Source: Candidatus Moraniibacteriota bacterium
Lineage (GTDB): Bacteria > Patescibacteriota > Minisyncoccia > Moranbacterales > UBA1568
Assembly: GCA_043743535.1 (NCBI GenBank)
Contig: JAYTWI010000020.1
Location: 10,039 to 74,038 of the forward strand
Length of the DNA stretch: 64,000 nucleotides
Reading direction: 5' to 3'
In this document: positions 18,289 to 26,837 of the stretch, one piece after another
How the letters are laid out: each line of letters begins with the position of its first letter
Position numbering within the stretch: the stretch's first letter is position 1
Program-made: the position numbers and the translations under genes
The notes under the pieces: model-generated
Told to the model about the DNA's origin: nothing
Database searches by the model: none
What the model saw: only the letters and a program-made list of their open reading frames with translations

Positions 18289-18843
18289 CTAGAATGCTAC
18301 TTTCACTGGCTCTTTTTCCACTTCGCCCGCCTCAAAGAAATCACGCTTGGTGAAATTGAAAGCGCCGGCAATGATGTTCGAAGGGAACATATCGATCTTG
18401 TTATTTAATTCCAAGACGTTGCCGTTATAAAAACGACGTGAAGCCTGGATTTTGTTTTCCGTATCCGACAATTCGCGCTGCAACTCCAAGAAATTCTGGT
18501 TGGCTTTGAGATCTGGATAGGCTTCGGCTACGGCAAAGAGACTCTTTAAGGTTTGGGATAGCATATTTTCGGCCTGGGCTTTGTCGGCCGCACTGCCGTT
18601 TGACTGCATAGCAGCTGCCCGCGCCGCCGTCACCTTTTCGAATACCCCGCTCTCGTGAGCGGCATAGCCTTTGACGGTACTGACGAGATTAGGAATCAAA
18701 TCGTAGCGCCGCTTGAGCTGCACATCGATGTCGCTCCACGCTTCGCTCACCCGGTTACGCAAACGTACCAGCGTATTATACATCACCACTACCATGAGCA
18801 CGACGACAGCTAAAATCCCCAATACGATAAACAATCCATTCAT
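18289..18843 (-). CDS. lemA: LemA family protein
   Basis: N-terminal TM plus [33 protein letters not shown], the LemA signature. Confidence 0.9.
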   Translation of the reverse strand: MNGLFIVLGILAVVVLMVVVMYNTLVRLRNRVSEAWSDIDVQLKRRYDLIPNLVSTVKGYAAHESGVFEKVTAARAAAMQSNGSAADKAQAENMLSQTLKSLFAVAEAYPDLKANQNFLELQRELSDTENKIQASRRFYNGNVLELNNKIDMFPSNIIAGAFNFTKRDFFEAGEVEKEPVKVAF

Positions 18844-18992
18844 AGATGTTGTGTTAATTCTCTAGATACTAACGGGATGAACCATTCACTTTCTTTTTAA
18901 TAGTACCAAATGCCCCTAAAAAAGCAATGCCGCCTCTTTTTGTGCTATACTCGAAGCAAGAAAGTAATATTTTTATCATTAAGTCTATCACT

Positions 18993-19433
18993 ATGGAGGC
19001 TATTCACCCCTATCTGGTCTTCCTTATCCCTATCGCCGTCGGCATCCTCACTCAATTGGCCAAATTCGCTATCTATACTTTCAAGCATGGTTTCAATATC
19101 GAATACGCTTTTACCCACGGCCATATGCCGAGTGCCCATACTTCACTCGTCGTTTCTCTCCTGGTCAGCGTTGCCTACTACGAGGGCGTGCACTCTGGCA
19201 CATTCGCCCTCGCAGCCGTCCTCGCCTTCATCGTCGTCGATGACGCTGCCCGCATCCGTATGTATTTAGGCGACCAGGGCCGTTACCTCAACATGCTAGT
19301 CGAAACGCTCGGTATCGAAAAAGATAAATTCCCCCGTTTGAAGGAGCGTGTTGGCCACCGCGTGAGCGAAGTAATCGGCGGCGCTTTCTTCGGCCTGTTT
19401 CTCTCTATCATTTTCATCCGTCTCTTCTCCTAG
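18993..19433 (+). CDS. divergent PAP2 (DUF212, acid-phosphatase/vanadium-haloperoxidase-related) membrane protein
   Basis: MEAIHPYLVFLIPIAVGILTQLAKF…GHMPSAHTSLVVSL…. Confidence 0.7.
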   Translation: MEAIHPYLVFLIPIAVGILTQLAKFAIYTFKHGFNIEYAFTHGHMPSAHTSLVVSLLVSVAYYEGVHSGTFALAAVLAFIVVDDAARIRMYLGDQGRYLNMLVETLGIEKDKFPRLKERVGHRVSEVIGGAFFGLFLSIIFIRLFS

Positions 19434-19463
19434 CCTTCTCCTCGTCGTAGGAAAAACACCTGA

Positions 19464-19492
19464 GAAAATCTCCCCGTATGGGGAGATTTTTT
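19464..19492. terminator. rho-independent terminator between convergent genes
   Basis: aaaATCTCCCCgtatGGGGAGATttttt. Confidence 0.65.
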
Positions 19493-19497
19493 GCATG

Positions 19498-20754
19498 CTA
19501 CGCCGCCAACTTTTTCAGTTCTTCCTCTATAACTTCCCGCTCATGCCAAGGAATCATGCGGTCGCGGAAAGCTATCGTCTCCTCCGCTCCCTTGCCGGTG
19601 ATGAGCACGATATCACCAATTTCTGCGAGCGCTAGAGCTTTGGCGATAGCCGTCCGCCGGTCAAAGATGCGAAAATATGTTTTGTCTTTTTTCTTACCCA
19701 CTCCTTGTTCGATATCATCGATGATCTGTTCAGGGTCTTCGTAGTACGGATCTTCATTGGTGAGGATAATGATATCGGCGTAACTAGAGGCGATCTCGCC
19801 CATTTGTGGGCGCTTACCACGATCACGTTCACCACAGGCTCCGAAGAGGTGAATAATTTTCGATCCAGGAATCTTCAGAGGCAGGATCGAGGCATAGAGC
19901 TTTTCGAAGGCATCCGGCGTCACTGCGTAATCGATGATGATATCGGCATCGATGTGATTTGGTACCAGCTCCATCCGTCCGGGCACACCCGTCACGCTTT
20001 CCAATGCCTCCTTAGCCACGGCAAAATCAATATCGAGCAAACGTGCTACGCCTAAGGAAGCCAAAGCGTTTTCGATATTAAACAACCCGGGCAACCTGAG
20101 ATAAAAATGCGTGCCATCAACGATAAACTCCGTCCCTTTGAAATCGAGAGAAATATCAGAAGCAAAAAGATGAGCGGCATGATCTTTGACACTATAGAGA
20201 AGTGATGGCTTCTCGGCCGGGGCACAGAAAAATTCTGGGTCTTCCATGTCCAAATTGACCACCGTCTGTTTGGCACGTCGGAAAAGTTTGCACTTGGCCT
20301 CGCGATACCGGGCCATCGTCTCGTGATAGTCCAAATGCTCGCGCGTCACATTGGTCATAACGGCGATAGCGTAGGGTATCCCCCACACTCGGTTCTGGTC
20401 GAGGGCGTGCGATGAAGTTTCGAGCACGGCGTATTGACATCCAGAGGCCACAGCCTCTCGCAAAAATTGTTGCAACCGCCAGGGCGATGGCGTGGTGAAT
20501 TTGGAGGCATTGACCCAATGCTTTTCGCCGATTTGAAAATTAATAGTTGAGGCCATAGCCACCTTTTTTCCGGCCCGTTCCAAAATACGGGTGATAAATT
20601 GTGTGGTAGTGGTCTTGCCATTGGTGCCCGTCACTCCGATTACTTGCAAACGACGAGCGGGGGAACCATACCAAATACTGGCTAAAACAGCGTTCGCCAG
20701 ATGATAGTAATTCTTCACCAAGCGTGGTGTCAGTTGTGAGAGGAAACGTTTCAT
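19498..20754 (-). CDS. Mur ligase family protein (MurE-like, lacks N-terminal domain)
   Basis: GVTGTNGKTTTTQFI…TTPSPWRLQQ…ETSSHAL…TNVTREHLDYH. Start overlaps the stop of the upstream RT gene (ATGA). Confidence 0.75.
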   Translation of the reverse strand: MKRFLSQLTPRLVKNYYHLANAVLASIWYGSPARRLQVIGVTGTNGKTTTTQFITRILERAGKKVAMASTINFQIGEKHWVNASKFTTPSPWRLQQFLREAVASGCQYAVLETSSHALDQNRVWGIPYAIAVMTNVTREHLDYHETMARYREAKCKLFRRAKQTVVNLDMEDPEFFCAPAEKPSLLYSVKDHAAHLFASDISLDFKGTEFIVDGTHFYLRLPGLFNIENALASLGVARLLDIDFAVAKEALESVTGVPGRMELVPNHIDADIIIDYAVTPDAFEKLYASILPLKIPGSKIIHLFGACGERDRGKRPQMGEIASSYADIIILTNEDPYYEDPEQIIDDIEQGVGKKKDKTYFRIFDRRTAIAKALALAEIGDIVLITGKGAEETIAFRDRMIPWHEREVIEEELKKLAA

Positions 20755-21842
20755 AGTGTTTTCATAGTAGGATTTTCAACATCCCATTTTTGAACAATCT
20801 CACTCATTAAACTATACCCATTCCCATGTGAAAGCAAGCCCACATACGACGCTAGCACCTCTTTCTTGCCCTTTGTTTCTACCAATCTCCGTAGCATACG
20901 TTTCTTGGTGACCGTCCGTAAGACTTGGTGTCTGGAGAAATGCACCCACCCCAGGAAATCCACTCCTGAGGACAGCGTCTTGATCGAGACCTTGTCCGGA
21001 TGAAGCTTCAGTCTCAGATTGAGTTGTAAAAACGCGTCTACCAATGTAAGTATCTTCTTCAATGCTTCTTTGTCCTGTGAAAATATAACAAAATCATCGG
21101 CATAGCGGATATAGTATTTAGCTTTCACCTGGTGCTTCATGAACTGGTCGAATTCATTGAGATAAATATTGATGAGGAGTTGCGAAGTCAGATTACCCAG
21201 AGGTAAACCAATACCTGTCATGCTAGGGTCAAAGCTACCAATAACCTTCTCGAGAAGCCACAAGACGTCCACGTCAAAGATACGTCGCTTCAAAATACTC
21301 ATGAGCACTGTCTGGTTGACAGAGGCAAAGCATTTTCGAATATCACCTTTGAGTATCCAAACAGTCTTGGTATGATTTTTGGAAGTCCGCCTGCCAAGGA
21401 CCTCGAAGCGACTCAGGGCTTTATACACACCCTTCTTTTTCCGACAAGAATATGAATCCGCAATAAAGGTATCGTCAAAAAAAGGATACAGAATACGGTA
21501 AATAGCATGGTGCAAGAGACGATCCCTGACCGAGGCCTTGTGAATATGGCGGGGCTTGGGGTCGGAGATGCGAAAAGCGTGGTAAGAACTGTGCGTGTAG
21601 GTTTTATTTGTCAGGTCACCATGCAAAGCAAAAATATTATCCATCAGGTGCAGTTCAAACTCTTGTACATCTTGCTTCTTGGTCTTTCCTCTCACGAATT
21701 CTTTCCAGGCTTCGAGGAGATTTTCGGGAGAGATGGTATGATGATAAGAAAGTTCTAACTTCTTTTTTTCTCTGTATGCTTCATCAAATTCCCCCCCCCC
21801 GAAGCTCTTGCCCCTTTTACAGAAGCTAAAGGAAGGATACAC
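20751..21842 (-). CDS. diversity-generating retroelement reverse transcriptase
   Basis: N-terminal …ENLLEAW…VRDRLLHHAIY… (DGR-RT hallmark). RT motifs ILKGDIRKCF, GLPLGNLTSQLLINIYLNEFD, YIRYADDFVIF (YADD), LHPDKVSI. Adjacent TR/VR pair. Confidence 0.9.
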   Translation of the reverse strand: MYPSFSFCKRGKSFGGGEFDEAYREKKKLELSYHHTISPENLLEAWKEFVRGKTKKQDVQEFELHLMDNIFALHGDLTNKTYTHSSYHAFRISDPKPRHIHKASVRDRLLHHAIYRILYPFFDDTFIADSYSCRKKKGVYKALSRFEVLGRRTSKNHTKTVWILKGDIRKCFASVNQTVLMSILKRRIFDVDVLWLLEKVIGSFDPSMTGIGLPLGNLTSQLLINIYLNEFDQFMKHQVKAKYYIRYADDFVIFSQDKEALKKILTLVDAFLQLNLRLKLHPDKVSIKTLSSGVDFLGWVHFSRHQVLRTVTKKRMLRRLVETKGKKEVLASYVGLLSHGNGYSLMSEIVQKWDVENPTMKTL

Positions 21843-22161
21843 ATTGTGGTATAGTTATATCTTTACTGTGCCAAAAATTCATCGACATTCCCTTGGTCAG
21901 AAAATTGATAGCCTTTTTGTAGAAACCATAGAGGCAGTTGCAGCGGCCAGCTTTTCTTCGGGTACGGACAAACTTCCCTACATACGACACTCCATCAAAA
22001 AAATGGATACTCTCAAACTTCTCTTGACGATTTTGTGGGAATTGAAGTCGCTGGATAACAAAAAGTATCTCGCTCTGTCAGTAAAGCTCGATGAAATAGG
22101 CAGGATGCTTGGTGGTTGGCAGGGACAAGTCTTGAAAAAACAAAACTCCTCACATGCATGA
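21808..22161 (+). CDS. Avd-like accessory protein (four-helix-bundle / 23S-rRNA-IVS-protein family), putative
   Basis: …VPKIHRHSLGQKIDS…YIRHSIKKMDTLKLLLTILWELKSL…LSVKLDEIGRMLGGW follows the Avd/IVS-protein pattern. Opposite strand to the RT; the called 5' ends overlap by 35 nt. Confidence 0.6.
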   Translation: MPLLQKLKEGYTLWYSYIFTVPKIHRHSLGQKIDSLFVETIEAVAAASFSSGTDKLPYIRHSIKKMDTLKLLLTILWELKSLDNKKYLALSVKLDEIGRMLGGWQGQVLKKQNSSHA

Positions 22162-22181
22162 GAGGAGAAAAGAAGAGAGTA

Positions 22182-22305
22182 GCGACGCGCAGAGCCGGGT
22201 TGTTGTCGTTCCAGTCATTGTCGAGCCAGTTCCAGTTGATCACCACCTTGTCGCCGTTCTCGACGAGATACGGAACGTAGAGGTTGCCATCGCGGTTCTG
22301 CACAA
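22182..22305 (-). repeat. DGR template repeat (TR)
   Basis: 124 bp aligned to 22653..22776. 14 mismatches, every one at a plus-strand T (a minus-strand A) of this copy. Asn (AAC) codons are enriched. Confidence 0.9.
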
Positions 22306-22646
22306 ATATACACAGCGCCTTCCATACCACCACCCCTCGAGTACTCTTGGGGTTGTATCGTATTCGGTATCTTAAATACCATAGCACTGTATACCAAGTA
22401 TCTTCATTTTTAGTGAAGTGTCTACATACACCACTCTACCCGAAACCGTAATCGAAGGTATTCTCAATGTATGGATACTGGATTCGGCCGCAGACAGTCG
22501 TAACCATCTGCAAGATGCGCCTACTACCACTGTCAGTATATCAAAGGGTGAAAAAATGAAAACCCCGCACTACCGTTCGGTAAAATGCGGGGTCGAAGGA
22601 CTAAGAATCAAGGGTCTAAAAGACCCAAAGTACAAAGTCCGAAGTA

Positions 22647-23312
22647 CTAACTTGCGACGCGCAGAGCCGGGTTGAGGCCGTCCCAGTCAAAGCCGAGCCA
22701 GTACCAGTAGATCACCACCTTGCCGCCGCGCTCGACGAGATACGGAACGTAGAGGCGGCCATCGCGGTTCTGCACAACATCTTTCCAGGCAAAGACTGCC
22801 TTGCCACGGAAGTGTTGACGGAAGACTTCGATGCCGAGCTTCTGGATCTCCTCCAGATCGCGCAGTGCGAGACACGTCGGGAGAATATCACTCTCCCTGA
22901 TGTACTGGTACAGCGCCTTGCCACCAATGACGCCGCCGTTCTCTTGCGTAGGGTGAAGCCAGGGCTTCACCCGATCGAAGCGGTATTCAACCGTGTCCGT
23001 ACGGTCAAACTCCTGATGCAGACGCTTCTTCAGCCATTCTGGGTATATCCCCTTGATGGCGTAGTTGACACGGAAGGTCTGATGCATGGTCTCGCGAGCA
23101 ACTTCGACGATTTTCTTGTCGAGCGGACAGAGACCGAGTATCCCGCGGAATTCATCCCGATCCACTTCTTTGATGTTGCCATCGAAGAGATCAGACAACA
23201 GACCGGAGGTGTAAAGCAACTGGAGCTGTTCCAATTGCGGATCCTTCTGCCCAACAAATGCAAGCAGGTGGGTGGCTTGCTTAAACGATCCATCACTCAT
23301 GGTATTCTCCAT
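22647..23312 (-). CDS. DGR target protein with C-terminal variable region (CLec/FGE-like fold presumed)
   Basis: C-terminus …VQNRDGRLYVPYLVERGGKVVIYWYWLGFDWDGLNPALRVAS matches the translated TR (…NWNWLDNDWNDNNPALRVA). No signal peptide. Confidence 0.85.
   Translation of the reverse strand: MENTMSDGSFKQATHLLAFVGQKDPQLEQLQLLYTSGLLSDLFDGNIKEVDRDEFRGILGLCPLDKKIVEVARETMHQTFRVNYAIKGIYPEWLKKRLHQEFDRTDTVEYRFDRVKPWLHPTQENGGVIGGKALYQYIRESDILPTCLALRDLEEIQKLGIEVFRQHFRGKAVFAWKDVVQNRDGRLYVPYLVERGGKVVIYWYWLGFDWDGLNPALRVAS
22653..22776 (-). repeat. DGR variable repeat (VR)
   Basis: Partner of the TR. Differs only at positions corresponding to template adenines. Confidence 0.9.
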
Positions 23313-23598
23313 TGAGCGCTACTCCTTACGGGTAGCTGCTACAGCTCTCGAGGATTCGAGTTTGCCATAGCCCCCTATCTTTTTTATATCATCATACAAA
23401 TCGTGTCACGGTCGTGATAAAATTTATATATACAAAAAAACATGGGGCTCTGGCAAAAACGTGTATTTTAACGAACTGTATATTATACACCTAAAAAGAA
23501 GAGGGTCAAGCGCAGTGTCAGACTTTTACTTAAGATAAGCGGTTTTTTCAGGGAATAAAAACTTGTTTGAGGATTTGTGGGGACCGCTGCAGGGAATA

Positions 23599-24759
23599 TT
23601 ACGCTGCCACAGGTGGTGCTGCCATTTTAGCGACAAAGGTGACGACGAGTATCAGGGTAGCAACAATCGGCAGGAAAAAATAATACTGGGGATGAGCGAG
23701 CGAGAGCAGGATACCACCAAACACTACCAACCGTGCTAGCACCGTTGGTATTTCCCGCACAATAACAAATCCTTCCTCGTCATCCCCTTTGACCGCCTTA
23801 TAAATAACACTGGAATACGAAACCAAGAATGCTGTCATCGTGAAAGAGGCTACCAGACTAATCAGATAGGCAGACCACTGATCGGCCACAAAAATTCTCG
23901 CGATCGAGAGCAGGATGAGGCCGAAAGCCGACCACAGTACCAGTCGATGATCAGAACGATCAACTTGTTTCCCGATCAAGAGCGTGAAGATGACCGCGCC
24001 GATAGTTGCCAGACTGCCGACAATACCTGGTACAGCCAAAGAGCCGATGATGAGAAAAATATAAATGCCCCAATACCATTCTGACTCTTCGATGATATTG
24101 TCCAGTCCCTCGAGGAAAAAGAGCAGTTTGCGGCGCTTGATTTTTTGCCAGGTCTGTCGAAAATCAAAGAAAACGCTTGCTTCGCTCACGCTGATACCCG
24201 CCAGAGGTAAATAAGAAACAGCCACTCCGACCATAGCGATAAGAAACGTTGGCCAGAAGCCAACTGCATATACCAATGCCGCCCCGCAAAGCGGACCAAC
24301 AATGGAGAAAAATTTCGGCAGAGCAAAAAAACGAGCGAGATCGCTCCCCATCTTATCGAAATCAGCATTCTTGATCAAGAGAATGTTAAGCGGGATCCAG
24401 TAAAAGAAGCTGGCTGCCCCGCCGACCACGGCAATAATCTGAATAGGAATGGCAAATGAGGGCAACAGAAAGAGGAGGAGAAAATAGAGCATCTCAAGAG
24501 GATAATTAAATTTGAAGACCCTGATGAGCCCAAAGTGTTGAATAAAGAGCGGGATAAACGTCAGGGAGAGGAAAAGCCCCGAGAGATGGAGTATGACAAA
24601 GTAACCGATTACCTCTGTAAGAGAATGCCCCTCCGTAAAAAAATAAATCGGCACGTAGACACTGACAAATGACAGAGCAATACCGCGGATGGTATGCGAA
24701 ATGAATACCCGATAAATCTGGCGCTTTCCCTCAAGATGAAATATATTCGCAAACGACAT
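23599..24759 (-). CDS. multi-pass membrane transporter (MFS-like), hypothetical
   Basis: About 11 predicted TM helices. No diagnostic motif. Confidence 0.5.
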   Translation of the reverse strand: MSFANIFHLEGKRQIYRVFISHTIRGIALSFVSVYVPIYFFTEGHSLTEVIGYFVILHLSGLFLSLTFIPLFIQHFGLIRVFKFNYPLEMLYFLLLFLLPSFAIPIQIIAVVGGAASFFYWIPLNILLIKNADFDKMGSDLARFFALPKFFSIVGPLCGAALVYAVGFWPTFLIAMVGVAVSYLPLAGISVSEASVFFDFRQTWQKIKRRKLLFFLEGLDNIIEESEWYWGIYIFLIIGSLAVPGIVGSLATIGAVIFTLLIGKQVDRSDHRLVLWSAFGLILLSIARIFVADQWSAYLISLVASFTMTAFLVSYSSVIYKAVKGDDEEGFVIVREIPTVLARLVVFGGILLSLAHPQYYFFLPIVATLILVVTFVAKMAAPPVAA

Positions 24760-24766
24760 AGTGTTC

Positions 24767-25771
24767 CTACCTAAGTATTTTTTTGCGCATCTGGCCTACC
24801 GCACTGAGGAAACGATACAGTGTGTACGTCATGTACGAGAGCACGATATCATAGGTACCTGGAAAAAACGTGGTGGCTGTTTGGGGCGAAAATCCCAATT
24901 TGAATGTAGTGATGCCGCGCCAAGAGTTACTTACGGAGTCCGTCCGGACACCGCCGAAATCATAACGCGTAGCGCCGCGATCCTTAGCGTATTTGATCTC
25001 TTCCCATTGGAGAAGGTACGGCGCCATCACGTCTCGGTGTTCATCACCTGATCCACCGTGCAGGTACGTCGCTGTCTTCCCATAGATGATGAGGAGGTTG
25101 GCAGCGATGACATTTCCATCATACTCCGCCACAAAGAGCTGACACATTTCCTCCGGCAAGTGAGAAAAAAAATGTTCATAGTACGCGCGTGGATGAGCGG
25201 CAATATTTTTTCGCCCCGTAGTCGCCCCCACCAATGCAAAAAAAGCATCTTGATATTTTTTTTCTCGCGAAATAAAAACTTTGACACCCCGCTTTTCTGC
25301 CAGTCGGACATTGTAGCGCGTTTTTCCCTTCATCTCTGCAAGTAAGGTATCCTCATCGGCCGTAATATCGATAACAAATATTTCTCGTGGCTGTATATCA
25401 CGCGATGCCTTCGCTACTCTATATGGTACACTCTTTCTGATAACTTCCAAAATTTCTTCTGTCTCTGGCTCGATCCGTATCCACCGGCAACTTCTCTCGC
25501 GCGCTCTCCGAATGAGTTCTTGGATGTTATTCTTGATTCCTGTTTCATCATGTATATTTCCTACAATTGGTCCTCTCGGAAAATACAGATACTTCCCGAT
25601 GAGTGGCAGCGTATGGACGATGCCACTGCCCCAAAAACCCTCTCCTGCCACATGTACCGTTGTGCGCGCCATGGATTCCTGAAAATGGCGCCACGCTTCT
25701 GATTGGAGCATGCCACCATCTTTGCTGCCGAACAAAATTTCTTCTCCATCCATAGAAATAGTCACTATCAC
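24767..25771 (-). CDS. FemAB-family peptidoglycan aminoacyltransferase
   Basis: …KTATYLHGGSGDEHRDVMAPYLLQWEEIKYAKDRGATRYDFGG… is the FemAB signature. Confidence 0.8.
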   Translation of the reverse strand: MIVTISMDGEEILFGSKDGGMLQSEAWRHFQESMARTTVHVAGEGFWGSGIVHTLPLIGKYLYFPRGPIVGNIHDETGIKNNIQELIRRARERSCRWIRIEPETEEILEVIRKSVPYRVAKASRDIQPREIFVIDITADEDTLLAEMKGKTRYNVRLAEKRGVKVFISREKKYQDAFFALVGATTGRKNIAAHPRAYYEHFFSHLPEEMCQLFVAEYDGNVIAANLLIIYGKTATYLHGGSGDEHRDVMAPYLLQWEEIKYAKDRGATRYDFGGVRTDSVSNSWRGITTFKLGFSPQTATTFFPGTYDIVLSYMTYTLYRFLSAVGQMRKKILR

Positions 25772-26340
25772 TTCTTGCCCAGATTTTTCAAGGCCTCACG
25801 AATACGTTTGCCCACATCTTTGATATCCATAGGCACGAGCTTCAGGGCTTCACGAGCCTGCGAAACACTATACCCCAAAGAAGTCAGTGCTTCGAGCGCA
25901 TCCTGTCCGGCGGCGGCATCACCCTGGTCATCTCCGGCTACGGCTTCCACTTTGTTTTGTAGCTCAATGATGACTTTTTCTGCTGTTTTCTTGCCTACCC
26001 CCGAAACACGGGTCAGGATACTCGCATCCCTGTTAACGATAGCCATACGGATGGTTTTGACGTCAGCGATGGAGAGAATAGACAGTCCAGCCTTGGGGCC
26101 GATGCCCGAAACAGAAATGAGGAGCTGAAACATATGGAGTTCTTCCTCATTGAGAAAGCCATATAAAGCGAGTGTGTCCTCGCGCACATGGGTATAAATA
26201 TGAAGCAAAACTTCGCCCTGCCCGGCCAATTTCCCCAGAGTATAGGCCGAAACCGATACCAAATAGCCGACACCACAAACCATGAGGATAACAGCATTCC
26301 CCCGCAGACCGGCAATTTTCCCTTCCAACTGAGCAATCAT
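25768..26340 (-). CDS. ruvA: Holliday junction DNA helicase RuvA
   Basis: MIAQLEGKI…GVGYLVSVS…LYGF…ELHMFQLLISVSGIGPKAGLSILS. Confidence 0.9.
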   Translation of the reverse strand: MIAQLEGKIAGLRGNAVILMVCGVGYLVSVSAYTLGKLAGQGEVLLHIYTHVREDTLALYGFLNEEELHMFQLLISVSGIGPKAGLSILSIADVKTIRMAIVNRDASILTRVSGVGKKTAEKVIIELQNKVEAVAGDDQGDAAAGQDALEALTSLGYSVSQAREALKLVPMDIKDVGKRIREALKNLGKK

Positions 26341-26526
26341 AGGCATATAAAAATGAAAATTCAAACCAAAAAACAGTATTCTTCACACGTTGCCATTGTT
26401 CCACTATTCTACCATTTATGCCTTTTTCTTGCCAAAAATCGAGGGACGTGCTAAAAATGAAGGGTCTCATTTCCTGTGTTTTTGGCCATTCATTTTTTTG
26501 GATTTTTAAATTTTGATTCTACTATC

Positions 26527-26796
26527 ATGCCGATCAAGAAATCTGCCAAGAAGTACATGCGCGTCACGGCCACCAACACCGAGCGAAACAAAATCGTCAA
26601 AGGTGTGGTGAAAAGCGCCATCAAAAAAACTCGCGAAGCAGTCACTGCCGGTAACATCGACGAGGCCAAGGAGTGGCTCAAAAAAGCAAGCAAGTCTCTC
26701 GACAAAGCTGCTCAAAAAAAAGTGATCAAGAAAAACACCGCTGCTCGCAAAAAGTCCCGTCTCAATACTTTGGTCAAAGGAGCCGTCAAAAAATAG
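26527..26796 (+). CDS. rpsT: 30S ribosomal protein S20
   Basis: MPIKKSAKKYMRV…NKIVKGVVKSAIKK…DKAAQKKVIKKNTAARKKSRL. Confidence 0.9.
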   Translation: MPIKKSAKKYMRVTATNTERNKIVKGVVKSAIKKTREAVTAGNIDEAKEWLKKASKSLDKAAQKKVIKKNTAARKKSRLNTLVKGAVKK

Positions 26797-26810
26797 TCTG
26801 TCGTGATAGC

Positions 26811-26836
26811 AAAAACTCCCCGGTGGGGAGTTTTTT
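26811..26836. terminator. bidirectional rho-independent terminator
   Basis: aaaaaCTCCCCggtGGGGAGtttttt. Confidence 0.7.
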
Positions 26837-26837
26837 C

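Noticed and set aside
21808-21842. 35-nt head-to-head overlap of the RT and Avd-like ORFs taken as evidence against the Avd call
   Set aside because: ORF starts in the track include GTG/TTG and may be over-extended. The family-level sequence pattern of the Avd-like protein is reasonable, so it is kept at moderate confidence rather than discarded.
22013-22387. 124-aa minus-strand ORF (…VQNRDGNLYVPYLVENGDKVVINWNWLDNDWNDNN…) resembling the DGR target C-terminus
   Set aside because: It is the DGR template repeat read in the target's frame. TR copies are non-coding templates, and the ORF has no independent start context.
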